From Auanema rhodensis (taxonomy: Eukaryota > Animalia > Nematoda), in NCBI GenBank assembly GCA_964057225.1, contig OZ059896.1:4464001-4528000 (forward strand): a stretch of 64,000 nt of DNA, written 5' to 3'. This document shows positions 39,701 through 54,700 of this stretch, piece by piece. The number at the start of each line of letters is the position of its first letter. Positions within the stretch are counted from its first letter, which is position 1. The translations under genes were made by a program, and so were the position numbers. The notes below the pieces were generated by a model. It had not been told where the DNA came from. It did no database searches and saw only the letters and a list, made by a program, of their open reading frames with translations.

Positions 39701-42583
39701 TTAGCATAAATTAAAGTTCACGTAAATTTCAAAGTCATGGTTACCATGCACCAATATCAATAAAAATTTGTTTTTAGACTAATATGGACATGGGGAATCT
39801 AATTTTGAAAATCGCATCTCTTTATCGTTCACGTGAAGCGAGTTACATACCAAGTGCACATCACTTGTACATTTAATTAGCATAAATTAAAGTTCACGTA
39901 AATTTCAAAGTCATGGTTACCATGAACCAATATCAATAAAAATTTGTTTTTAGACTAATTTGGACATGGGGAATCTAATTTTGAAAACCGCATCTCTTTA
40001 TCTTTCACGTGAAGCGAGTTACATACCAAGTGCACATCACGTGTACACTTAATTAGCATAAATTAAAGTTCACGTAAATTTCAAAGTCATGGTTACCATG
40101 CACCAATATCAATAAAAATTTGTTTTTAGACTAATTTGGACATGGGGAATCTAATTTTGAAAACCGCATCTCTTTATCTTTCACGTGAAGCGAGTTACAT
40201 ACCAAGTGCACATCACGTGTACATTTAATTAGCATAAATTAAAGTTCACGTAAATTTCAAAGTCATGGTTACCATGAACCAATATCAATAAAAATTTGTT
40301 TTTAGACTAATATGGACATGGGGAATCTAATTTTGGAAACCGCATCTCTTTATTTTTCACGTGAAGCGAGTTACATACCAAGTGCACATCACGTGTACAT
40401 TTAATTAGCATAAATTAAAGTTCACGTAAATTTCAAAGTCATGGTTACCATGCACCAATATCAATAAAAATTTGTTTTTAGACTAATATGGACATGGGGA
40501 ATCTAATTTTGAAAATCGCATCTCTTTATCTTTCACGTGAAGCGAGTTACATACCAAGTGCACATCACGTGTACATTTAATTAGCATAAATTAAAGTTCA
40601 CGTAAATTTCAAAGTCATGGTTACCATGAACCAATATCAATAAAAATTTGTTTTTAGACTAATATGGACATGGGGAATCTAATTTTGAAAACCGCATCTC
40701 TTTATCTTTCACGTGAAGCGAGTTACATATAAAGTGCACATCACGTGTACATTTAATTAGCATAAATTAAAGTTCACGTAAATTTCAAAGTCATGGTTAC
40801 CATGCACCAATATTAATAAAAATTTGTTTTTAGATTAATATGGACATGGGGAATTTAATTTTGAAAACCGCATCTCTTTATCTTTCACGTGAAGCGAGTT
40901 ACATACCAAGTGCACATCACGTGTACACTTAATTAGCATAAATTAAAGTTCACGTAAATTTCAAAGTCATGGTTACCATGCACCAATATCAATAAAAATT
41001 GGTTTTTAGACTAATATGGACATGGGGAATCTAATTTTGAAAACCGCATCTCTTTATCTTTCACGTGAAGCGAGTTACATACCAAGTGCACATCACGTGT
41101 ACATTTAATTAGCATAAATTAAAGTTCACGTAAATTTCAAAGTCATGGTTACCATGCACCAATATCAATAAAAATTCGTTTTTAGACTAATTTGGACATG
41201 GGGAATCTAATTTTGAAAACCGCATCTCTTTATCTCTCACGTGAAGCGAGTTACATACCAAGTGCACATCACGTGTACATTTAATTAGCATAAATTAAAG
41301 TTCACGTAAATTTCAAAGTCATGGTTACCATGAACCAATATCAATAAAAATTTGTTTTTAAACTAATATGGACATGGGGAATCTAATTTTGAAAACCGCA
41401 TCTTTTTATCTTTCACGTGAAGCGAGTTACATACCTAGTGCACATCACGTGTACATTTAATTAGCATAAATTAAAGTTCACGTAAATTTCAAAGTCATGG
41501 TTACCATGCACCAATATCAATAAAAATTTGTTTTTAAACTAATATGGACATGGGGAATCTAATTTTGAAAACCGCATCTCTTTATCTTTCACGTGAAGCG
41601 AGTTACATACCTAGTGCACATCACGTGTACATTTAATTAGCATAAATTAAAGTTCACGTAAATTTCAAAGTCATGGTTACCATGAACCAATATCAATAAA
41701 AATTTGTTTTTAAACTAATATGGACATGGGGAATCTAATTTTGAAAACCGCATCTCTTTATCTTTCACGTGAAGCGAGTTACATACCTAGTGCACATCAC
41801 GTGTACATTTAATTAGCATAAATTAAAGTTCACGTAAATTTCAAAGACATGGTTACCATGAACCAATATCAATAAAAATTTGTTTTAAACTAATATGGAC
41901 ATGGGGAATCTAATTTTGAAAACCGCATCTCTTTATCTTTCACGTGAAGCGAGTTACATACCAAGTGCACATCACGTGTACACTTAATTAGCATAAATTA
42001 AAGTTCACGTAAATTTCAAAGTCATGGTTACCATGCACCAATATCAATAAAAATTGGTTTTTAGACTAATATGGACATGGGGAATCTAATTTTGAAAACC
42101 GCATCTCTTTATCTTTCACGTGAAGCGAGTTACATACCAAGTGCACATCACGTGTACATTTAATTAGCATAAATTAAAGTTCACGTAAATTTCAAAGTCA
42201 TGGTTACCATGCACCAATATCAATAAAAATTCGTTTTTAGACTAATTTGGACATGGGGAATCTAATTTTGAAAACCGCATCTCTTTATCTTTCACGTGAA
42301 GCGAGTTACATACCGAGTGCACATCACGTGTACATTTAATTAGCATAAATTAAAGTTCACGTAAATTTCAAAGTCATGGTTACCATGAACCAATATCAAT
42401 AAAAATTTGTTTTTAGACTAATATGGACATGGGGAATCTAATTTTGGAAACCGCATCTCTTTATTTTTCACGTGAAGCGAGTTACATACCAAGTGCACAT
42501 CACGTGTACATTTAATTAGCATAAATTAAAGTTCACGTAAATTTCAAAGTCATGGTTACCATGCACCAATATCAATAAAAATT
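36530..42583 (+). repeat. 16-monomer duplication plus a 2-monomer duplication (net offset 3167 bp)
   Basis: Offset 3167 (18x176-1): 36660/39827, 37688/40855, 38069/41236, 38237/41404, 38680/41847. The TATCGTT monomer also occurs at 39475, which is 2815 (16x176-1) after 36660 and 352 before 39827. Confidence 0.9.
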
Positions 42584-42760
42584 TTTTTTTAGACTAATAT
42601 GGACATGGGGAATCTAATTTTGAAAATCGCATCTCTTTATCTTTCACGTGAAGCGAGTTACATACCAAGTGCACATCACGTGTACATTTAATTAGCATAA
42701 ATTAAAGTTCACGTAAATTTCAAAGTCATGGTTACCATGAACCAATATCAATAAAAATTT

Positions 42761-45700
42761 GTTTTTAGACTAATATGGACATGGGGAATCTAATTTTGAA
42801 AATCGCATCTCTTTATCTTTCACGTGAAGCGAGTTACATATAAAGTGCACATCACGTGTACATTTAATTAGCATAAATTAAAGTTCACGTAAATTTCAAA
42901 GTCATGGTTACCATGCACCAATATTAATAAAAATTTGTTTTTAGATTAATATGGACATGGGGAATCTAATTTTGAAAACCGCATCTCTTTATCTTTCACG
43001 TGAAGCGAGTTACATACCAAGTGCACATCACGTGTACATTTAATTAGCATAAATTAAAGTTCACGTAAATTTCAAAGTCATGGTTACCATGCACCAATAT
43101 CAATAAAAATTTGTTTTTAGACTAATATGGACATGGGGAATCTAATTTTGAAAATCGCATCTCTTTATCTTTCACGTGAAGCGAGTTACATACCAAGTGC
43201 ACATCACGTGTACATTTAATTAGCATAAATTAAAGTTCACGTAAATTTCAAAGTCATGGTTACCATGAACCAATATCAATAAAAATTTGTTTTTAGACTA
43301 ATATGGACATGGGGAATCTAATTTTGAAAATCGCATCTCTTTATCTTTCACGTGAAGCGAGTTACATATAAAGTGCTCATCACGTGTACATTTAATTAGC
43401 ATAAATTAAAGTTCACGTAAATTTCAAAGTCATGGTTACCATGCACCAATATTAATAAAAATTTGTTTTTAGATTAATATGGACATGGGGAATCTAATTT
43501 TGAAAACCGCATCTCTTTATCTTTCACGTGAAGCGAGTTACATACCAAGTGCACATCACGTGTACATTTAATTAGCATAAATTAAAGTTCACGTAAATTT
43601 CAAAGTCATGGTTACCATGCACCAATATCAATAAAAATTCGTTTTTAGACTAATTTGGACATGGGGAATCTAATTTTGAAAACCGCATCTCTTTATCTTT
43701 CACGTGAAGCGAGTTACATACCGAGTGCACATCACGTGTACATTTAATTAGCATAAATTAAAGTTCACGTAAATTTCAAAGTCATGGTTACCATGAACCA
43801 ATATCAATAAAAATTTGTTTTTAGACTAATATGGACATGGGGAATCTAATTTTGGAAACCGCATCTCTTTATTTTTCACGTGAAGCGAGTTACATACCAA
43901 GTGCACATCACGTGTACATTTAATTAGCATAAATTAAAGTTCACGTAAATTTCAAAGTCATGGTTACCATGCACCAATATCAATAAAAATTTGTTTTTAG
44001 ACTAATATGGACATGGGGAATCTAATTTTGAAAATCGCATCTCTTTATCTTTCACGTGAAGCGAGTTACATACCAAGTGCACATCACGTGTACATTTAAT
44101 TAGCATAAATTAAAGTTCACGTAAATTTCAAAGTCATGGTTACCATGAACCAATATCAATAAAAATTTGTTTTTAGACTAATATGGACATGGGGAATCTA
44201 ATTTTGAAAATCGCATCTCTTTATCTTTCACGTGAAGCGAGTTACATACCAAGTGCACATCACGTGTACACTTAATTAGCATAAATTAAAGTTCACGTAA
44301 ATTTCAAAGTCATGGTTACCATGCACCAATATCAATAAAAATTTGTTTTTAGACTAATTTGAACATGGGGAATCTAATTTTGAAAACCGCATCTCTTTAT
44401 CTTTCACGTGAAGCGAGTTACATACCAAGTGCACATCACGTGTACATTTAATTAGCATAAATTAAAGTTCACGTAAATTTCAAAGTCATGGTTACCATGA
44501 ACCAATATCAATAAAAATTTGTTTTTAGACTAATATGGACATGGGGAATCTAATTTTGGAAACCGCATCTCTTTATTTTTCACGTGAAGCGAGTTACATA
44601 CCAAGTGCACATCACGTGTACACTTAATTAGCATAAATTAATGTTCACGTAAATTTCAAAGTCATGGTTACCATGCACCAATATCAATAAAAATTGGTTT
44701 TTAGACTAATATGGACATGGGGAATCTAATTTTGAAAACCGCATCTCTTTATCTTTCACGTGAAGCGAGTTACATACCAAGTGCACATCACGTGTACATT
44801 TAATTAGCATAAATTAAAGTTCACGTAAATTTCAAAGTCATGGTTACCATGCACCAATATCAATAAAAATTCGTTTTTAGACTAATTTGGACATGGGGAA
44901 TCTAATTTTGAAAACCGCATCTCTTTATCTTTCACGTGAAGCGAGTTACATACCGAGTGCACATCACGTGTACATTTAATTAGCATAAATTAAAGTTCAC
45001 GTAAATTTCAAAGTCATGGTTACCATGAACCAATATCAATAAAAATTCGTTTTTAGACTAATTTGGACATGGGGAATCTAATTTTGAAAACCGCATCTCT
45101 TTATCTTTCACGTGAAGCGAGTTACATACCAAGTGCACATCACGTGTACACTTAATTAGCATAAATTAAAGTTCACGTAAATTTCAAAGTCATGGTTACC
45201 ATGCACCAATATCAATAAAAATTGGTTTTTAGACTAATATGGACATGGGGAATCTAATTTTGAAAACCGCATCTCTTTATCTTTCACGTGAAGCGAGTTA
45301 CATACCAAGTGCACATCACGTGTACATTTAATTAGCATAAATTAAAGTTCACGTAAATTTCAAAGTCATGGTTACCATGCACCAATATCAATAAAAATTC
45401 GTTTTTAGACTAATTTGGACATGGGGAATCTAATTTTGAAAACCGCATCTCTTTATCTTTCACGTGAAGCGAGTTACATACCGAGTGCACATCACGTGTA
45501 CATTTAATTAGCATAAATTAAAGTTCACGTAAATTTCAAAGTCATGGTTACCATGAACCAATATCAATAAAAATTTGTTTTTAGACTAATATGGACATGG
45601 GGAATCTAATTTTGAAAATCGCATCTCTTTATCTTTCACGTGAAGCGAGTTACATACCAAGTGCACATCACGTGTACATTTAATTAGCATAAATTAAAGT

Positions 45701-48700
45701 TCACGTAAATTTCAAAGTCATGGTTACCATGCACCAATATCAATAAAAATTCGTTTTTAGACTAATTTGGACATGGGGAATCTAATTTTGAAAACCGCAT
45801 CTCTTTATCTTTCACGTGAAGCGAGTTACATACCGAGTGCACATCACGTGTACATTTAATTAGCATAAATTAAAGTTCACGTAAATTTCAAAGTCATGGT
45901 TACCATGAACCAATATCAATAAAAATTTGTTTTTAGACTAATATGGACATGGGGAATCTAATTTTGGAAACCGCATCTCTTTATTTTTCACGTGAAGCGA
46001 GTTACATACCAAGTGCACATCACGTGTACATTTAATTAGCATAAATTAAAGTTCACGTAAATTTCAAAGTCATGGTTACCATGCACCAATATCAATAAAA
46101 ATTTGTTTTTAGACTAATATGGACATGGGGAATCTAATTTTGAAAATCGCATCTCTTTATCTTTCACGTGAAGCGAGTTACATACCAAGTGCACATCACG
46201 TGTACATTTAATTAGCATAAATTAAAGTTCACGTAAATTTCAAAGTCATGGTTACCATGAACCAATATCAATAAAAATTTGTTTATAGACTAATATGGAC
46301 ATGGGGAATCTAATTTTGAAAATCGCATCTCTTTATCTTTCACGTGAAGCGAGTTACATACCAAGTGCACATCACGTGTACACTTAATTAGCATAAATTA
46401 AAGTTCACGTAAATTTCAAAGTCATGGTTACCATGCACCAATATCAATAAAAATTTGTTTTTAGACTAATTTGAACATGGGGAATCTAATTTTGAAAACC
46501 GCATCTCTTTATCTTTCACGTGAAGCGAGTTACATACCAAGTGCACATCACGTGTACATTTAATTAGCATAAATTAAAGTTCACGTAAATGTCAAAGTCA
46601 TGGTTACCATGAACCAATATCAATAAAAATTTGTTTTTAGACTAATATGGACATGGGGAATCTAATTTTGGAAACCGCATCTCTTTATTTTTCACGTGAA
46701 GCGAGTTACATACCAAGTGCACATCACGTGTACACTTAATTAGCATAAATTAATGTTCACGTAAATTTCAAAGTCATGGTTACCATGCACCAATATCAAT
46801 AAAAATTGGTTTTTAGACTAATATGGACATGGGGAATCTAATTTTGAAAACCGCATCTCTTTATCTTTCACGTGAAGCGAGTTACATACCAAGTGCACAT
46901 CACGTGTACATTTAATTAGCATAAATTAAAGTTCACGTAAATTTCAAAGTCATGGTTACCATGCACCAATATCAATAAAAATTCGTTTTTAGACTAATTT
47001 GGACATGGGGAATCTAATTTTGAAAACCGCATCTCTTTATCTTTCACGTGAAGCGAGTTACATACCGAGTGCACATCACGTGTACATTTAATTAGCATAA
47101 ATTAAAGTTCACGTAAATTTCAAAGTCATGGTTACCATGAACCAATATCAATAAAAATTCGTTTTTAGACTAATTTGGACATGGGGAATCTAATTTTGAA
47201 AACCGCATCTCTTTATCTTTCACGTGAAGCGAGTTACATACCAAGTGCACATCACGTGTACACTTAATTAGCATAAATTAAAGTTCACGTAAATTTCAAA
47301 GTCATGGTTACCATGCACCAATATCAATAAAAATTGGTTTTTAGACTAATATGGACATGGGGAATCTAATTTTGAAAACCGCATCTCTTTATCTTTCACG
47401 TGAAGCGAGTTACATACCAAGTGCACATCACGTGTACATTTAATTAGCATAAATTAAAGTTCACGTAAATTTCAAAGTCATGGTTACCATGCACCAATAT
47501 CAATAAAAATTTGTTTTTAAACTAATATGGACATGGGGAATCTAATTTTGAAAACCGTATCTCTTTATCTTTCACGTGAAGCGAGTTACATACCAAGTGC
47601 ACATCACGTGTACACTTAATTAGCATAAATTAAAGTTCACGTAAATTTCAAAGTCATGGTTACCATGCACCAATATCAATAAAAATTTGTTTTTAGACTA
47701 ATTTGAACATGGGGAATCTAATTTTGAAAACCGCATCTCTTTATCTTTCACGTGAAGCGAGTTACATACCAAGTGCACATCACGTGTACATTTAATTAGC
47801 ATAAATTAAAGTTCACGTAAATTTCAAAGTCATGGTTACCATGAACCAATATCAATAAAAATTTGTTTTTAGACTAATATGGACATGGGGAATCTAATTT
47901 TGGAAACCGCATCTCTTTATTTTTCACGTGAAGCGAGTTACATACCAAGTGCACATCACGTGTACACTTAATTAGCATAAATTAATGTTCACGTAAATTT
48001 CAAAGTCATGGTTACCATGCACCAATATCAATAAAAATTGGTTTTTAGACTAATATGGACATGGGGAATCTAATTTTGAAAACCGCATCTCTTTATCTTT
48101 CACGTGAAGCGAGTTACATACCAAGTGCACATCACGTGTACATTTAATTAGCATAAATTAAAGTTCACGTAAATTTCAAAGTCATGGTTACCATGCACCA
48201 ATATCAATAAAAATTCGTTTTTAGACTAATTTGGACATGGGGAATCTAATTTTGAAAACCGCATCTCTTTATCTTTCACGTGAAGCGAGTTACATACCGA
48301 GTGCACATCACGTGTACATTTAATTAGCATAAATTAAAGTTCACGTAAATTTCAAAGTCATGGTTACCATGAACCAATATCAATAAAAATTCGTTTTTAG
48401 ACTAATTTGGACATGGGGAATCTAATTTTGAAAACCGCATCTCTTTATCTTTCACGTGAAGCGAGTTACATACCAAGTGCACATCACGTGTACACTTAAT
48501 TAGCATAAATTAAAGTTCACGTAAATTTCAAAGTCATGGTTACCATGCACCAATATCAATAAAAATTGGTTTTTAGACTAATATGGACATGGGGAATCTA
48601 ATTTTGAAAACCGCATCTCTTTATCTTTCACGTGAAGCGAGTTACATACCAAGTGCACATCACGTGTACATTTAATTAGCATAAATTAAAGTTCACGTAA

Positions 48701-51700
48701 ATTTCAAAGTCATGGTTACCATGCACCAATATCAATAAAAATTCGTTTTTAGACTAATTTGGACATGGGGAATCTAATTTTGAAAACCGCATCTCTTTAT
48801 CTTTCACGTGAAGCGAGTTACATACCGAGTGCACATCACGTGTACATTTAATTAGCATAAATTAAAGTTCACGTAAATTTCAAAGTCATGGTTACCATGA
48901 ACCAATATCAATAAAAATTTGTTTTTAGACTAATATGGACATGGGGAATCTAATTTTGGAAACCGCTTCTCTTTATTTTTCACGTGAAGCGAGTTACATA
49001 CCAAGTGCACATCACGTGTACATTTAATTAGCATAAATTAAAGTTCACGTAAATTTCAAAGTCATGGTTACCATGCACCAATATCAATAAAAATTTGTTT
49101 TTAGACTAATATGGACATGGGGAATCTAATTTTGAAAATCGCATCTCTTTATCTTTCACGTGAAGCGAGTTACATACCAAGTGCACATCACATGTACATT
49201 TAATTAGCATAAATTAAAGTTCACGTAAATTTCAAAGTCATGGTTACCATGAACCAATATCAATAAAAATTTGTTTTTAGACTAATATGGACATGGGGAA
49301 TCTAATTTTGAAAATCGCATCTCTTTATCTTTCACGTGAAGCGAGTTACATATAAAGTGCACATCACGTGTACATTTAATTAGCATAAATTGAAGTTCAC
49401 GTAAATTTCAAAGTCATGGTTACCATGCACCAATATTAATAAAAATTTGTTTTTAGATTAATATGGACATGGGGAATCTAATTTTGAAAACCGCATCTCT
49501 TTATCTTTCACGTGAAGCGAGTTACATACCAAGTGCACATCACGTGTACATTTAATTAGCATAAATTAAAGTTCACGTAAATTTCAAAGTCATGGTTACC
49601 ATGCACCAATATTAATAAAAATTTGTTTTTAGATTAATATGGACATGGGGAATCTAATTTTGAAAACCGCATCTCTTTATCTTTCACGTGAAGCGAGTTA
49701 CATACCAAGTGCACATCACGTGTACACTTAATTAGCATAAATTAAAGTTCACGTAAATTTCAAAGTCATGGTTACCATGCACCAATATCAATAAAAATTG
49801 GTTTTTAGACTAATATGGACATGGGGAATCTAATTTTGAAAACCGCATCTCTTTATCTTTCACGTGAAGCGAGTTACATACCAAGTGCACATCACGTGTA
49901 CATTTAATTAGCATAAATTAAAGTTCACGTAAATTTCAAAGTCATGGTTACCATGCACCAATATCAATAAAAATTCGTTTTTAGACTAATATGGACATGG
50001 GGAATCTAATTTTGGAAACCGCATCTCTTTATTTTTCACGTGAAGCGAGTTACATACCAAGTGCACATCACGTGTACATTTAATTAGCATAAATTAAAGT
50101 TCACGTAAATTTCAAAGTCATGGTTACCATGCACCAATATCAATAAAAATTTGTTTTTAGACTAATATGGACATGGGGAATCTAATTTTGAAAATCGCAT
50201 CTCTTTATCTTTCACGTGAAGCGAGTTACATATAAAGTGCACATCACGTGTACATTTAATTAGCATAAATTAAAGTTCACGTAAATTTCAAAGTCATGGT
50301 TACCATGCACCAATATTAATAAAAATTTGTTTTTAGATTAATATGGACATGGGGAATCTAATTTTGAAAACCGCATCTCTTTATCTTTCACGTGAAGCGA
50401 GTTACATACCAAGTGCACATCACGTGTACACTTAATTAGCATAAATTAAAGTTCACGTAAATTTCAAAGTCATGGTTACCATGCACCAATATCAATAAAA
50501 GTTGGTTTTTAGACTAATATGGACATGGGGAATCTAATTTTGAAAACCGCATCTCTTTATCTTTCACGTGAAGCGAGTTACATACCAAGTGCACATCACG
50601 TGTACATTTAATTAGCATAAATTAAAGTTCACGTAAATTTCAAAGTCATGGTTACCATGCACCAATATTAATAAAAATTTGTTTTTAGATTAATATGGAC
50701 ATGGGGAATCTAATTTTGAAAACCGCATCTCTTTATCTTTCACGTGAAGCGAGTTACATACCAAGTGCACATCACGTGTACATTTAATTAGCATAAATTA
50801 AAGTTCACGTAAATTTCAAAGTCATGGTTACCATGCACCAATATCAATAAAAATTGGTTTTTAGACTAATATGGACATGGGGAATCTAATTTTGAAAATC
50901 GCATCTCTTTATCTTTCACGTGAAGCGAGTTACATATAAAGTGCACATCACGTGTACATTTAATTAGCATAAATTAAAGTTCACGTAAATTTCAAAGTCA
51001 TGGTTACCATGCACCAATATTAATAAAAATTTGTTTTTAGATTAATATGGACATGGGGAATCTAATTTTGAAAACCGCATCTCTTTATCTTTCACGTGAA
51101 GCGAGTTACATACCAAGTGCACATCACGTGTACATTTAATTAGCATAAATTAAAGTTCACGTAAATTTCAAAGTCATGGTTACCATGCACCAATATCAAT
51201 AAAAATTTGTTTTTAGACTAATATGGACATGGGGAATCTAATTTTGAAAATCGCATCTCTTTATCTTTCACGTGAAGCGAGTTACATACCAAGTGCACAT
51301 CACGTGTACATTTAATTAGCATAAATTAAAGTTCACGTAAATTTCAAAGTCATGGTTACCATGAACCAATATCAATAAAAATTTGTTTTTAGACTAATAT
51401 GGACATGGGGAATCTAATTTTGAAAATCGCATCTCTTTATCTTTCACGTGAAGCGAGTTACATATAAAGTGCTCATCACGTGTACATTTAATTAGCATAA
51501 ATTAAAGTTCACGTAAATTTCAAAGTCATGGTTACCATGCACCAATATTAATAAAAATTTGTTTTTAGATTAATATGGACATGGGGAATCTAATTTTGAA
51601 AACCGCATCTCTTTATCTTTCACGTGAAGCGAGTTACATACCAAGTGCACATCACGTGTACATTTAATTAGCATAAATTAAAGTTCACGTAAATTTCAAA

Positions 51701-54700
51701 GTCATGGTTACCATGCACCAATATCAATAAAAATTCGTTTTTAGACTAATTTGGACATGGGGAATCTAATTTTGAAAACCGCATCTCTTTATCTTTCACG
51801 TGAAGCGAGTTACATACCGAGTGCACATCACGTGTACATTTAATTAGCATAAATTAAAGTTCACGTAAATTTCAAAGTCATGGTTACCATGAACCAATAT
51901 CAATAAAAATTTGTTTTTAGACTAATATGGACATGGGGAATCTAATTTTGGAAACCGCATCTCTTTATTTTTCACGTGAAGCGAGTTACATACCAAGTGC
52001 ACATCACGTGTACATTTAATTAGCATAAATTAAAGTTCACGTAAATTTCAAAGTCATGGTTACCATGCACCAATATCAATAAAAATTTGTTTTTAGACTA
52101 ATATGGACATGGGGAATCTAATTTTGAAAATCGCATCTCTTTATCTTTCACGTGAAGCGAGTTACATACCAAGTGCACATCACGTGTACATTTAATTAGC
52201 ATAAATTAAAGTTCACGTAAATTTCAAAGTCATGGTTACCATGCACCAATATCAATAAAAATTCGTTTTTAGACTAATATGGACATGGGGAATCTAATTT
52301 TGAAAATCGCATCTCTTTATCTTTCACGTGAAGCGAGTTACATACCGAGTGCACATCACGTGTACATTTAATTAGCATAAATTAAAGTTCACGTAAATTT
52401 CAAAGTCATGGTTACCATGAACCAATATCAATAAAAATTCGTTTTTAGACTAATTTGGACATGGGGAATCTAATTTTGAAAACCGCATCTCTTTATCTTT
52501 CACGTGAAGCGAGTTACATACCGAGTGCACATCACGTGTACATTTAATTAGCATAAATTAAAGTTCACGTAAATTTCAAAGTCATGGTTACCATGAACCA
52601 ATATCAATAAAAATTTGTTTTTAGACTAATATGGACATGGGGAATCTAATTTTGGAAACCGCATCTCTTTATTTTTCACGTGAAGCGAGTTACATACCAA
52701 GTGCACATCACGTGTACATTTAATTAGCATAAATTAAAGTTCACGTAAATTTCAAAGTCATGGTTACCATGCACCAATATCAATAAAAATTTGTTTTTAG
52801 ACTAATATGGACATGGGGAATCTAATTTTGAAAATCGCATCTCTTTATCTTTCACGTGAAGCGAGTTACATACCAAGTGCACATCACGTGTACATTTAAT
52901 TAGCATAAATTAAAGTTCACGTAAATTTCAAAGTCATGGTTACCATGAACCAATATCAATAAAAATTTGTTTTTAGACTAATATGGACATGGGGAATCTA
53001 ATTTTGAAAATCGCATCTCTTTATCTTTCACGTGAAGCGAGTTACATACCAAGTGCACATCACGTGTACACTTAATTAGCATAAATTAAAGTTCACGTAA
53101 ATTTCAAAGTCATGGTTACCATGCACCAATATCAATAAAAATTTGTTTTTAGACTAATTTGAACATGGGGAATCTAATTTTGAAAACCGCATCTCTTTAT
53201 CTTTCACGTGAAGCGAGTTACATACCAAGTGCACATCACGTGTACATTTAATTAGCATAAATTAAAGTTCACGTAAATTTCAAAGTCATGGTTACCATGA
53301 ACCAATATCAATAAAAATTTGTTTTTAGACTAATATGGACATGGGGAATCTAATTTTGGAAACCGCATCTCTTTATTTTTCACGTGAAGCGAGTTACATA
53401 CCAAGTGCACATCACGTGTACACTTAATTAGCATAAATTAATGTTCACGTAAATTTCAAAGTCATGGTTACCATGCACCAATATCAATAAAAATTGGTTT
53501 TTAGACTAATATGGACATGGGGAATCTAATTTTGAAAACCGCATCTCTTTATCTTTCACGTGAAGCGAGTTACATACCAAGTGCACATCACGTGTACATT
53601 TAATTAGCATAAATTAAAGTTCACGTAAATTTCAAAGTCATGGTTACCATGCACCAATATCAATAAAAATTCGTTTTTAGACTAATTTGGACATGGGGAA
53701 TCTAATTTTGAAAACCGCATCTCTTTATCTTTCACGTGAAGCGAGTTACATACCGAGTGCACATCACGTGTACATTTAATTAGCATAAATTAAAGTTCAC
53801 GTAAATTTCAAAGTCATGGTTACCATGAACCAATATCAATAAAAATTCGTTTTTAGACTAATTTGGACATGGGGAATCTAATTTTGAAAACCGCATCTCT
53901 TTATCTTTCACGTGAAGCGAGTTACATACCAAGTGCACATCACGTGTACACTTAATTAGCATAAATTAAAGTTCACGTAAATTTCAAAGTCATGGTTACC
54001 ATGCACCAATATCAATAAAAATTGGTTTTTAGACTAATATGGACATGGGGAATCTAATTTTGAAAACCGCATCTCTTTATCTTTCACGTGAAGCGAGTTA
54101 CATACCAAGTGCACATCACGTGTACATTTAATTAGCATAAATTAAAGTTCACGTAAATTTCAAAGTCATGGTTACCATGCACCAATATCAATAAAAATTC
54201 GTTTTTAGACTAATTTGGACATGGGGAATCTAATTTTGAAAACCGCATCTCTTTATCTTTCACGTGAAGCGAGTTACATACCGAGTGCACATCACGTGTA
54301 CATTTAATTAGCATAAATTAAAGTTCACGTAAATTTCAAAGTCATGGTTACCATGAACCAATATCAATAAAAATTTGTTTTTAGACTAATATGGACATGG
54401 GGAATCTAATTTTGAAAATCGCATCTCTTTATCTTTCACGTGAAGCGAGTTACATACCAAGTGCACATCACGTGTACATTTAATTAGCATAAATTAAAGT
54501 TCACGTAAATTTCAAAGTCATGGTTACCATGCACCAATATCAATAAAAATTCGTTTTTAGACTAATTTGGACATGGGGAATCTAATTTTGAAAACCGCAT
54601 CTCTTTATCTTTCACGTGAAGCGAGTTACATACCGAGTGCACATCACGTGTACATTTAATTAGCATAAATTAAAGTTCACGTAAATTTCAAAGTCATGGT

